A stretch of DNA of 64,000 bases from Desulfobulbaceae bacterium (GTDB lineage: Bacteria > Desulfobacterota > Desulfobulbia > Desulfobulbales > Desulfocapsaceae): contig QZLB01000125.1 of the NCBI GenBank assembly GCA_004796425.1, positions 6,834 through 70,833 of the forward strand, read 5' to 3'. A program made the position numbers and the translations under genes. Positions 26,799 through 35,602 of the stretch are shown here, piece by piece. The notes below the pieces were generated by a model. It was not told the DNA's origin. It did no database searches and saw only the letters and a list, made by a program, of their open reading frames with translations. Each line of letters opens with the position of its first letter. Within the stretch, counting starts at the first letter, position 1.

Positions 26799-27215
26799 AT
26801 GGCAGCAAAAATTCAATACGGTGTCATACCCTACATCTGCGGCAAAGGGGCGAAAAGGGGATCCAAAATAATACTGGTCACCAGCAAAACCAATGGCTAC
26901 TGGATTTTTCCCAAGGGAAACCCTGTAAAAAACAAAACATCTATCCAGTCCGCCAAACAGGAAGCGTATGAAGAAGCAGGGCTCACCGGGAGCATAACGG
27001 GTCCCAATAATTATTCCTTCTCAATACACGATAAAGGAGGCACCTACACCATCGTACTTTTCCCCATGAAAGTGAAAAATGTTCTCGAGGAATGGCCGGA
27101 AATGAGTGAACGAAACAGAACGGTAACCTCAGTGGGTGAGGCTCTGCAACTTATCCGGTACAGCGAACTGCAATACTGCCTGAAACAGTGGCACCAGGAC
27201 AACTACTGCTCATGA
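26799..27215 (+). CDS. Small Nudix hydrolase, DIPP/Ddp1-like
   Basis: WIFPKGNPVKNKTSIQSAKQEAYEEAGL resembles the DIPP box (WIVPGGG...AVREVYEEAGV). Nudix box positions E7 and R15 are K and Q here. Confidence 0.75.
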   Translation: MAAKIQYGVIPYICGKGAKRGSKIILVTSKTNGYWIFPKGNPVKNKTSIQSAKQEAYEEAGLTGSITGPNNYSFSIHDKGGTYTIVLFPMKVKNVLEEWPEMSERNRTVTSVGEALQLIRYSELQYCLKQWHQDNYCS

Positions 27216-27239
27216 TTTCAAGTGAAGTGAGCAGACCGA

Positions 27240-29864
27240 TTAGTTATCCAGTGTCTGGCGTATACAGGTTGCCAGACTGGTCATCGAAACAGGCTTCACC
27301 AAGAATTTTTTGATCCCTAAATCCAACGCATCACTCTCTTGGAAAGACTCTGAGTAACCTGAGCAGATAATAATGGGCTGCGCTGGCGTGCATTCAAGCA
27401 GACGGCGAGCCACCTCATCTCCTTGAATTTTGGGCATGTTCATGTCCGTGATAACCAGATCAAACGCTTCGGGAGCCTGCGTGTATGCGGCCACGGCTTG
27501 CTGTCCGTCTGTGAAGCCATGGACTTCATAACCAAGACCGGAAAGGGTGTGATTCATGATGTCGATCAGATCATCTTCATCATCAATCACCATGATTGAC
27601 TCTGTTCCGTGTGGCAGTAACTCATCCTGAGCCACCTCCATGGCCATCGGACAGTGCACCTTGGGCAGAAAAACCTTGAAATGCGACCCGCTTCCCTCTT
27701 TACTCTCGACCTCAATGAAGCCCCTGCTTTCCTGGACAATTCCATGTACCACTGAGAGACCCAACCCTGTTCCGCTCTGATCTTCTTCAGTGGTATAGAA
27801 CGGGTCAAAAATTTTATCCAGTGCTTCGGCTGGGATTCCTCTGCCCGAATCAACAACGCTCAAACAGAGAAAAACGCCACCGGTGACCCCTGAGTGGGAT
27901 TGTGCCATTTCCGTCGACACGGGTTTCTCATGCAGGCCAATACGGATGATTCCTCCCGTGGGCATCGCCTTTCCCGCATTGGTGCAAAGGTTCATGACCA
28001 GCTGGTGCATTTTCGTGGTATCTCCTTGAACACAGCCTTCCGAGCCAATATCTCCGACAATTTCAATGGTCGCAGGGAGCGTCGCCCGGAGGAGCTTCTC
28101 AACCTCACGAACCACGTGACTCATTTGCACCTGTTCAGTTTTCTCCTCGCTCTTCCTGGCAAAGGTCAGAATTTGCTGAACTAGGAGCCTGGCCCGATTG
28201 CCCGCCTGTAATATCTGCTCTAACCTCTCAGAATCCTGTTCATCCCTGGTTTTCTTTAATAAAAGGATCTCCGCATAACCGATGATGGCTGAAAGAATAT
28301 TATTGAAATCATGAGCAATCCCGCCCGCAAGGGTACCAATGGCCTCAAGTTTACGAGACTGGGACAGTTGCTCTTCCATATTCTTTCGTTCCGTCAGGTC
28401 CCGGATCGCTGCCACTCGTACCTCTTTTCCTTCATACTCCATATGACGGATTCGGACCTCAATGGGAAATTCGGTGCCATCTTTGTGCAGTGCAAGCGCT
28501 TCATACTTGTCTACATCCTTGCGTTTGAGCTTCTCATTAACAATCTTCTGGTACTTCTCTGAAAAGAGGATCGGCACAATCTGTTTTCCCCGTACCTCTT
28601 CCACCTGATAACCGAAGAGCTGGGTAAACATCTGATTTGCTTCTAACAGAACACCACCATCATGGAAGATCAGCGCTTCCCAGGTCGATTCGGCAAGCTG
28701 ACGGAACCGTTTGCCGCTTTTGATCAGGGCCAGCTCTGCACGTTTTCTGCGCTGTACATTTGCAACCAGCAGGATAATGACCAGAAGCAGCACACAAATA
28801 AATGAACTGACAACCCATATCTGATAGCGATAGTGCTCATAAAAAGAGTAGGGCCGCAGCACGACCAGCGCTTCCGGCGGCAACCTGTGCTCCTGTAAGC
28901 CAAAACGCTGGAGTTGCTGATAATTATAAATTGGTTGATTGCTGCCTTTCTTGAGAACCGGTAATTGCGAAATGTCTGTACCCTGCAGAAACTGTTGGAC
29001 CAGACCGGCCATGGCGCGTCCCTGATAATAGCCACTGATTACCTGCCCACCAACCATACCCTCATCAATAATAAATTCCACCAGACTGAAGACCGGAACA
29101 CTACTCGCCTCTGAAAATCGGGTCGCGACATCCTCATATGAAAAAAACTGATTGTGCCGGTCTGAGAAATAGGCTCCCAGAAGAACAATGGTGTCTGCAG
29201 GCAGAGTCCCTAATTTTTGCAACAATTCATCCATCGAGAGGTTCTCTGCATACTCAAAGACGACCTCATCTGCAATCTGAGCAACCTGCTTTTTAATATC
29301 AGTTTCCCAAAACCTGCCGGTTTTTAGATAATCGTTAACGACATACACGCGTTTGACACCGGGGACGAGCTGCAAGGCCTGTCGAATTGTTTGATCGGCA
29401 GAGAACACCTCGGTCGCTCCGGTAACTTGAGATAGTCCAGCAAGCTGTTCATCGGCAAAATTGTTTACCCCACAAAAAAAGATCGGTACTCCGGGGAACA
29501 ATTCATCGCGATGCTTGCGCAAAAAATCATACGCATTGTTGTCAGAGCAAAGGAGGAGCTTGAGATGCTGATCTTTATATTTTATGGCAAGATATGTCTT
29601 GAATGCTGCAAAATACTGCTCTGAATGAAATTCCTTTGAATCCATATTTTCAATATGGAAAACCAAATCATTATCGTCAGGTTGCAAGACATCCTCTACC
29701 CCGCGTACGATATCCTGCACCCACGGCATCCGCTGATGATAGGAGTTGATCATCAGGATATGACGCTTTTCACTGACATCGGCGGAGACACCACAGCTAC
29801 CTCCCCATAAAACGATGAAATGCACAAAGATGACACAAAGAATTTTCTGGTCGCAGAGGCTCAC
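27240..29864 (-). CDS. Hybrid sensor histidine kinase (periplasmic SBP-like domain, TM, PAS, HisKA, HATPase_c, C-terminal REC)
   Basis: N-terminal signal plus an ABC-substrate-binding-like domain (ILMINSYHQ). H-box GGIAHDFNNIL, G-boxes DSGRGIP and GTGLGLSVVHGIV. The REC domain has IMVIDDEDD...VITDMNMP...KP. Confidence 0.9.
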   Translation of the reverse strand: MSLCDQKILCVIFVHFIVLWGGSCGVSADVSEKRHILMINSYHQRMPWVQDIVRGVEDVLQPDDNDLVFHIENMDSKEFHSEQYFAAFKTYLAIKYKDQHLKLLLCSDNNAYDFLRKHRDELFPGVPIFFCGVNNFADEQLAGLSQVTGATEVFSADQTIRQALQLVPGVKRVYVVNDYLKTGRFWETDIKKQVAQIADEVVFEYAENLSMDELLQKLGTLPADTIVLLGAYFSDRHNQFFSYEDVATRFSEASSVPVFSLVEFIIDEGMVGGQVISGYYQGRAMAGLVQQFLQGTDISQLPVLKKGSNQPIYNYQQLQRFGLQEHRLPPEALVVLRPYSFYEHYRYQIWVVSSFICVLLLVIILLVANVQRRKRAELALIKSGKRFRQLAESTWEALIFHDGGVLLEANQMFTQLFGYQVEEVRGKQIVPILFSEKYQKIVNEKLKRKDVDKYEALALHKDGTEFPIEVRIRHMEYEGKEVRVAAIRDLTERKNMEEQLSQSRKLEAIGTLAGGIAHDFNNILSAIIGYAEILLLKKTRDEQDSERLEQILQAGNRARLLVQQILTFARKSEEKTEQVQMSHVVREVEKLLRATLPATIEIVGDIGSEGCVQGDTTKMHQLVMNLCTNAGKAMPTGGIIRIGLHEKPVSTEMAQSHSGVTGGVFLCLSVVDSGRGIPAEALDKIFDPFYTTEEDQSGTGLGLSVVHGIVQESRGFIEVESKEGSGSHFKVFLPKVHCPMAMEVAQDELLPHGTESIMVIDDEDDLIDIMNHTLSGLGYEVHGFTDGQQAVAAYTQAPEAFDLVITDMNMPKIQGDEVARRLLECTPAQPIIICSGYSESFQESDALDLGIKKFLVKPVSMTSLATCIRQTLDN

Positions 29865-30249
29865 GTTTGTATCCTTGAAATCGAAAGATTCTCAGAAACG
29901 ATGTCGCTACGTTTCCCATATCCGCTCAATGTGATTTTAGCCAACGATCTAATCACATCAACCAATTATGCCATAATCGGAGCGGTATCTCCAACGTGAA
30001 GCGGTCTTTTGTTAGTTTCTTGACCTCTGAAAACCCTATTGGCAGCATTGCGCACAGCCCCCCAAAGGAACACCTCAGGATAAACAGTAACAATTTCTAT
30101 TGGTTAAGAAATGGCCTGTCACAAACTGGTCAAACTTAGGTTCCTTTTTTGCCAATGAATGGGATATCGATTATTTTCATCGAAATTATACTGCTCATTA
30201 ATCGAACTCAACACAGAATCAAACTATCTTGTTTGTGCCAGGTAGAACA

Positions 30250-30450
30250 TCATGATTGCCAGCCAACCAGTTTTACTATAACGAAGATGGCCGGAATCAA
30301 CAGCAGCGTGATAATATCATCGAGAATCAACTTCTTCCGAATGCTTTGCCGATTTGTGACCAATGTTTCAAGAAGCAACAACACGTAAATACCCGAATTC
30401 AAAAAATAATTACAACACATGCCAATGATTGTCGAAAGTTTGCTTTTCAT
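30250..30450 (-). CDS. Hypothetical 66-aa two-TM membrane protein
   Basis: GGAGGA lies 7 nt upstream of the ATG. Two hydrophobic helices. A shared 20-nt motif sits 60 nt upstream. No family recognised. Confidence 0.4.
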   Translation of the reverse strand: MKSKLSTIIGMCCNYFLNSGIYVLLLLETLVTNRQSIRKKLILDDIITLLLIPAIFVIVKLVGWQS

Positions 30451-30510
30451 CAGCTTTCCTCCATCAATGAAAGTGTGAATGAAAATTCAATGACTTCAAA
30501 TTAGCACGTA

Positions 30511-30530
30511 AAAATGAATAAATGATGAAG
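30511..30530 (+). repeat. Copy A of the 20-nt motif AAAATGAATAAATGATGAAG
   Basis: 19/20 identical to 33971-33990. It contains ATGAA twice at 11-bp spacing. Confidence 0.75.
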
Positions 30531-30554
30531 AACGGGGCTGGGGTTCTTCATCAT
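30522..30554. other. Perfect 12-bp stem / 9-nt loop hairpin (ATGATGAAGAAC ggggctggg GTTCTTCATCAT)
   Basis: Read directly from the sequence. The left arm overlaps motif copy A. The flanks are T-rich on both strands (minus-strand read-out continues TTATTCATTTTT). Confidence 0.7.
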
Positions 30555-30642
30555 TTCTTCATCGAATTCTGGTATATTGCAAACAGGTGAAAGAGACTGA
30601 GAACGATGATATGCAAACCTTATATTCACATTAGGATTGAAA

Positions 30643-31323
30643 ATGAGGATACTGATTGTAGATGACGAAAGTGAACTGCTCACGCAGATTACCCATGCAT
30701 TGAGCCAACAGCAATATACGGTTGATACTGCAGAAGATGGCGAGGCTGCTTTGGACCGGGTATTTGGTGATGAATATGATCTGATCATTCTTGATGTCAT
30801 GTTACCAGGAAAAGATGGTTTTGAAATTCTGCGGCTGCTCAGACAGGAAAAAATAGATTCACCGGTGTTAATGCTAACGGCAAAAGGTGATATTGATGAT
30901 CGGGTAAGAGGGCTTGATTTGGGGGCTGATGATTATTTGAATAAACCCTTTTCCATGGCAGAGCTGCTTGCACGGGTTCGCGCACTGCTCAGAAGAAAAA
31001 ATGAACATATCTCGCCATTACTAAAAATCGGTGACATCGAACTAAATACAATTTCTCGGAATGTTGTTAAAAATGGCATCGATATTACCCTCACACCGCG
31101 GGAATTCTCATTGCTGGAGTTTCTTCTTTATAACAAGAATCGGGCGATTTCCCGGTTCAGCCTGGCAGAGCATGTCTGGGGGGACGAATTTGATCCATTC
31201 ACAATGTCCAATAACATTGATGTTCACATACGCAATCTGCGAAAAAAGCTTGACGACACTACCGGTTCATGTATCTCCACGGTACGGGGGATCGGCTACA
31301 TGATACGGGATGAAAACCAATGA
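30643..31323 (+). CDS. OmpR-family response regulator (CusR/QseB-like subgroup)
   Basis: The REC domain has ILIVDDE...DLIILDVMLPGKDG...LTAKG...GADDYLNKPF. The winged helix has LTPREFSLLEFLL, VWGDEFDPFTMSNNIDVHIRNLRKKL and TVRGIGYM. Confidence 0.85.
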   Translation: MRILIVDDESELLTQITHALSQQQYTVDTAEDGEAALDRVFGDEYDLIILDVMLPGKDGFEILRLLRQEKIDSPVLMLTAKGDIDDRVRGLDLGADDYLNKPFSMAELLARVRALLRRKNEHISPLLKIGDIELNTISRNVVKNGIDITLTPREFSLLEFLLYNKNRAISRFSLAEHVWGDEFDPFTMSNNIDVHIRNLRKKLDDTTGSCISTVRGIGYMIRDENQ

Positions 31324-32702
31324 GCATCAGGTATAAAATCGGCCTTTGGGTTGCTGCAGCCGGGCTCGCTTCTACACTCCTGCTCTCTCTGATTATCCTT
31401 TTCGACAAAATTGAGAAGCCCTATGAATTGTTGGACGAAGAATTAAAGTCACAAGCACATTCAGTCGCTTCAATCTTGATGCACAATGTTCCACAACACT
31501 TTTCCCAAGCCCTCACACCTATTGGTGATCATTACTGGATACGTCTTCTCTCCGATGAAAACGAAATTCTATTCGAATCACCAATGGTCGCATTGATCGA
31601 ACTCCCCCTACTTTCTAAAACAAAACCCTACAACATAGAAACCGAAATGATGTTGGGTGATTTAATACCCACGGGTGATGAAGATGACCTTGCTGCTTTC
31701 AGGATGCGATATTTCCCGCTCTATGTCGGCAATGACAGATATTTCCTTCATATTGGTCGCCCCCAGGAAAACTTAGTAAAAGAAATTCGCGAGCAGGTAC
31801 ATATGCTGGTTTTCGGGTTATTGATATCTTTTTTCAGCTTGATTGTCATGAGCTATTTTGTGGCAGGAAAAATCCTCAAACCTGTCCGCGAAATCAACAA
31901 AAAAATACATGAAATCAATGACCAAACCCTTGATCAAAGACTGACTCTACCAAGATCACGAGATGAATTGTATGAATTATCTGTTTCATTGAATACCATG
32001 TTTGACCGCCTGCAGTATTCCTTTGACAGGCAGAAAGAGTTTGTCGCAAACGCTTCACATGAATTAAAAACGCCACTCGCAATCCTCAGACTTTCCATGG
32101 AAGAAAACCTGCAATATGACGATGTGCCTGAAGCATTGCAACGTAACCTAGTTGCCCATTGCCACACTCTTCTAAGGCTGAGCAGACTGGTTGAAAAATT
32201 ACTGAGCCTGTCCGCCCTTGAGTATGGTGATAAGAAGGGTCACCATACCTTCTCGTTACAGAAACTTACTCAAGAGGTGGTAGATGAATTTGAATTGCTC
32301 GTAGTTGAAAAAGATATCACCATTACGAAAAAGTTGGAGCAGGACGTCAGGGTGACCGGTTCAAAAGAACAGATTCAACAGGTTCTGATCAACCTGCTTG
32401 ATAATGGGATTAAATACAATAATGAGGGTGGTTTCATTAAGCTCGATCTCTATCATGATAACGAGATGGCTCATCTCAAGATTTACAACACAGGCCCTGG
32501 TATTCCGGAACATGATCAACTACGGGTTTTTGAACAATTTTATCGGGTAGAGAAATCTCGTTCAATCGCTCTGGGTGGTGCAGGGCTTGGCTTAACTATC
32601 GTTAAAAAAATCATAGATTTACATTCTGGAAAAATACACCTCTCCAGCCAAAAAGGCCAATGGACAGAGGTAATTGTAAGCCTGCCACGTGCAAAAGATT
32701 GA
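31320..32702 (+). CDS. Sensor histidine kinase (2 TM, HAMP, HisKA, HATPase_c)
   Basis: ATGA overlap with the regulator gene. H-box FVANASHELKTPLA, N-box LLDNGIKYN, G-boxes NTGPGIP and GGAGLGLTIVKKI. Confidence 0.85.
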   Translation: MSIRYKIGLWVAAAGLASTLLLSLIILFDKIEKPYELLDEELKSQAHSVASILMHNVPQHFSQALTPIGDHYWIRLLSDENEILFESPMVALIELPLLSKTKPYNIETEMMLGDLIPTGDEDDLAAFRMRYFPLYVGNDRYFLHIGRPQENLVKEIREQVHMLVFGLLISFFSLIVMSYFVAGKILKPVREINKKIHEINDQTLDQRLTLPRSRDELYELSVSLNTMFDRLQYSFDRQKEFVANASHELKTPLAILRLSMEENLQYDDVPEALQRNLVAHCHTLLRLSRLVEKLLSLSALEYGDKKGHHTFSLQKLTQEVVDEFELLVVEKDITITKKLEQDVRVTGSKEQIQQVLINLLDNGIKYNNEGGFIKLDLYHDNEMAHLKIYNTGPGIPEHDQLRVFEQFYRVEKSRSIALGGAGLGLTIVKKIIDLHSGKIHLSSQKGQWTEVIVSLPRAKD

Positions 32703-32755
32703 GCCAATAAGTAATTCCATTCACCGATGGCACCAAGATAACCTTTTACTTCATT

Positions 32756-33595
32756 CTATGCGGCAAGGAGCACTTGCTGCTGCATTCGGTTGTTTGCAAA
32801 ACGATCGGCGATTTGCCGGAAATGATCCCGGATGTGCAAAAAAGCATCAACCAGAGTTGGATCAAAGTGCACGCTGGCACCTTGTTCAATAATTTCAACA
32901 CTGTCTCGGTGAGAAAAAGCTTCTTTGTAACTTCGTTTGCTTATCAAAGCATCATAAACATCAGCAATTGCCATTAAACGAGCGGAAAGCGGTATTTTCG
33001 TTTCACTCAACCCTAGGGGATACCCTGAGCCATCCCATTTCTCGTGATGCGAGTAGGCTATTTCACGCGTTGTTTGTAAAAATGAGTTTGTTCCAAGTAT
33101 CTCTTCTACCTCCTGGATTATGCTTCTGCCTTTCTCAGTGTGAGTTTCCATGATCGCTCGTTCACAGCTATTCAGTAAGCCAGATTTGCGAAGTATTTCA
33201 TCAGGAATTGCCACTTTCCCAATATCATGAAGTGGTGCTGAATGATAAAGTAATGCTCGCATGTTTTTTCCAATTTTATAATGCTTCTTATCCAGTCGTT
33301 GGGTTTCCTCCGCAAGAACGTTCATATAACTCTGAGTTCTTTCGATATGATAGCCTGTCTCAAGGTCCCTCATTCTCATCATTGAAGCCATTCCAAGCAG
33401 TGCAGCCTCCTGAGTTTTTATCAACTGTGCTGGTTTTTTCAGCAGTCGTTCTTCCAGCACAAAAGAGTCGATTATTCCCAAAGGCTTTTTCATACTCTTT
33501 ACCCGGTTCGAGAAAAATTTCGAAACACTCGGTAGTCCAAAGGAAAACTGATTTAATTCTACCCGCTCCATTTGTCTCTCCTGTTTTAAATACAT
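32756..33595 (-). CDS. HD-GYP domain protein (putative c-di-GMP phosphodiesterase)
   Basis: Motifs H..R, LHDIGKVAIPDEIL, HHEKWDGSGYPLGL and IADVYDAL. There is no REC domain. Confidence 0.85.
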   Translation of the reverse strand: MYLKQERQMERVELNQFSFGLPSVSKFFSNRVKSMKKPLGIIDSFVLEERLLKKPAQLIKTQEAALLGMASMMRMRDLETGYHIERTQSYMNVLAEETQRLDKKHYKIGKNMRALLYHSAPLHDIGKVAIPDEILRKSGLLNSCERAIMETHTEKGRSIIQEVEEILGTNSFLQTTREIAYSHHEKWDGSGYPLGLSETKIPLSARLMAIADVYDALISKRSYKEAFSHRDSVEIIEQGASVHFDPTLVDAFLHIRDHFRQIADRFANNRMQQQVLLAA

Positions 33596-33900
33596 GCCAT
33601 ATTCATCAGTGTGTATGCAGGAACTGGTTCAATGTTGCCATCCACGGTTATTTCTACAATTGGCTGGTCGTCCATAATTCCATTCAGGTAAAGAAGGATA
33701 TCCCGTTCTGACAACATTTCTGGCTCAGAAAAGTTTTTCGCGCAGAGTTTCTTCTCAAATCGATTCTCTAAAAAAGAAACCCAATGATCATTATCTTCGC
33801 GTCCATGTTGCCGAAGATAATCTCGAATTGCCAATTGCTGCTCTTCTATCGTAGAATTACTCCATAAATTACTGATTTCTTCAGGAACTGCCGGTCTCAT
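33586..33900 (-). CDS. Hypothetical 104-aa protein, overlapping the HD-GYP gene start by 10 nt
   Basis: GGAGGA lies 5 nt upstream of the ATG. A shared 20-nt motif sits 70 nt upstream. No family recognised. Confidence 0.5.
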   Translation of the reverse strand: MRPAVPEEISNLWSNSTIEEQQLAIRDYLRQHGREDNDHWVSFLENRFEKKLCAKNFSEPEMLSERDILLYLNGIMDDQPIVEITVDGNIEPVPAYTLMNMACI

Positions 33901-33970
33901 ATATTCCTCCGTAGTTTAATTATGCGTAAGGCTGCTATTTGCCTGGAATTACGGTAGAGAATAACAAAGC

Positions 33971-33990
33971 AAAATGAATATATGATGAAG
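33971..33990 (+). repeat. Copy B of the 20-nt motif AAAATGAATATATGATGAAG
   Basis: 19/20 identical to 30511-30530, in the same orientation and at a similar distance from a minus-strand start codon. Confidence 0.75.
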
Positions 33991-34125
33991 GCCAGAGAAA
34001 AATCGCCGTAAAATTTGTCGGATGCTCTTTCTGTCAGCTAATCTGCATAGCTGGAAAGCGATACACACAGCGATTTACGAATAATTACAGAAATGGTTGT
34101 TTGTCCGTCACACACAAGGTTCCGC

Positions 34126-35466
34126 TTATGGATCTGGCACTAGTATTATACGAAGATCCATCACATTGGTATTGGTGGGCCCGGTAATCAATAAATCGTC
34201 TAATTTCTGGAAAAAATGGTAGGAATCGTTGTCAGCCAGATATACTTTGTAATCCAGCCTATCGTTTTCTGCCCGCTCAAGCGTCGTGTTATCAGCAAAG
34301 GCGCCTGCTGCATCTGTTGGCCCATCATTGCCATCTGTTCCACCCGATAACATCACAATACGCTGCTCACCTGCGATATCGGGAGCCGCACAGAGCGCAA
34401 AGTGCTGATTACGCCCTCCTTTACCCGTACCCCTCAGAGTAACCGTTGTTTCACCTCCAGAGAGGATACAGGCGGGAGGTGCCAACGGATTTCCGCTTAC
34501 CGCAACCTCTTTGGCAATCGCTGTATGGACGCGAGCAATGTCTGCTGTTTCTCCTTCGATCATAGAGGAGAGGATAATGGTCTGATAACCTCGCTTTTCA
34601 GCCTCCTTTCTTGCTGCCTGCAATGCTTCGATATTGCTTCCGATAATTACATTTCTGGTCTTTTTAAAAACCGTGTTATCAGCCTTTGGCGTCTCCAGCT
34701 CGGCGGCTTGTTTTCCTTTGATGAAATGGTTCACAACCGATTCTGGAAGCTTTTCACCAATATCGTATTTCTTGATAATTTCCTCACAGTCACTAAAGGT
34801 GGTGCGATCCGGCACGGTCGGTCCTGAGGCAATGACGTCAAGATCATCACCGACCACATCAGAGAGTATAAGTGATACCAGAGTGGCCGGATAGGCTGCA
34901 ACGGCCAATTGGCCTCCTTTTATCTGGGACAAATGCTTCCGCATTGTATTGACTTCATGAATTGTTGCCCCGCAAGCCAACAGCACTCTCGTTGTCTCCT
35001 GCTTATCCGCAAGACTCACCCCTGCCACTGATAAGGGCAGCAATGCAGAGCCACCACCCGAGAGTAAACAGATGCATAAATCCTTCTCGGTCGCCATGCG
35101 GGCGATTTCCAGGATTTTCTCAGAACCGTACTCGCCGTTTTTATCCGGGACCGGATGAGCAGCCTCAACAACACATACTTTGGATAATGGTACCGTATGA
35201 TCATACTTCACACTGATAAACCCCGCGTGAAGATTGTCACCCAATAAAGACTCAAACGCCTGAGCCATTGGTGCGGTAGCCTTGCCCGCTCCGATAATAT
35301 AAACCCGCTCATATGAATCAAGATGGTATGTCTCCGAACCTATGGTCAAAAGATTCCCCTGGCGACGGCAATACCGATTGATTGCCTCTTTGGGAGCGAC
35401 CGCTCTACAACCCGCATTAAAAATTGCTACACTATCATTTCTTGCTTTTTTGAGTAATGAAGTCAT
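34126..35466 (-). CDS. Glycerate 2-kinase (DUF4147 + MOFRL family, TtuD-like)
   Basis: Motifs IIGAGKATAPMA, LLSGGGSALL, GGETTV...GKGGRNQ, LSGGTDGNDGPTDAAGA and TGPTNTNVMDL. Confidence 0.85.
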   Translation of the reverse strand: MTSLLKKARNDSVAIFNAGCRAVAPKEAINRYCRRQGNLLTIGSETYHLDSYERVYIIGAGKATAPMAQAFESLLGDNLHAGFISVKYDHTVPLSKVCVVEAAHPVPDKNGEYGSEKILEIARMATEKDLCICLLSGGGSALLPLSVAGVSLADKQETTRVLLACGATIHEVNTMRKHLSQIKGGQLAVAAYPATLVSLILSDVVGDDLDVIASGPTVPDRTTFSDCEEIIKKYDIGEKLPESVVNHFIKGKQAAELETPKADNTVFKKTRNVIIGSNIEALQAARKEAEKRGYQTIILSSMIEGETADIARVHTAIAKEVAVSGNPLAPPACILSGGETTVTLRGTGKGGRNQHFALCAAPDIAGEQRIVMLSGGTDGNDGPTDAAGAFADNTTLERAENDRLDYKVYLADNDSYHFFQKLDDLLITGPTNTNVMDLRIILVPDP

Positions 35467-35602
35467 TTCGCTCTACGCTCCTTTGATGACCGAACCTAAC
35501 GGGCAACGAGACCATGAAAATCAAAAATCGATTCAATGTCGATTGAAACCTGTCTTCTAATCTTCAAATGCTACTGCTTATTTCCAGAAAAGAACAAAAC
35601 TG

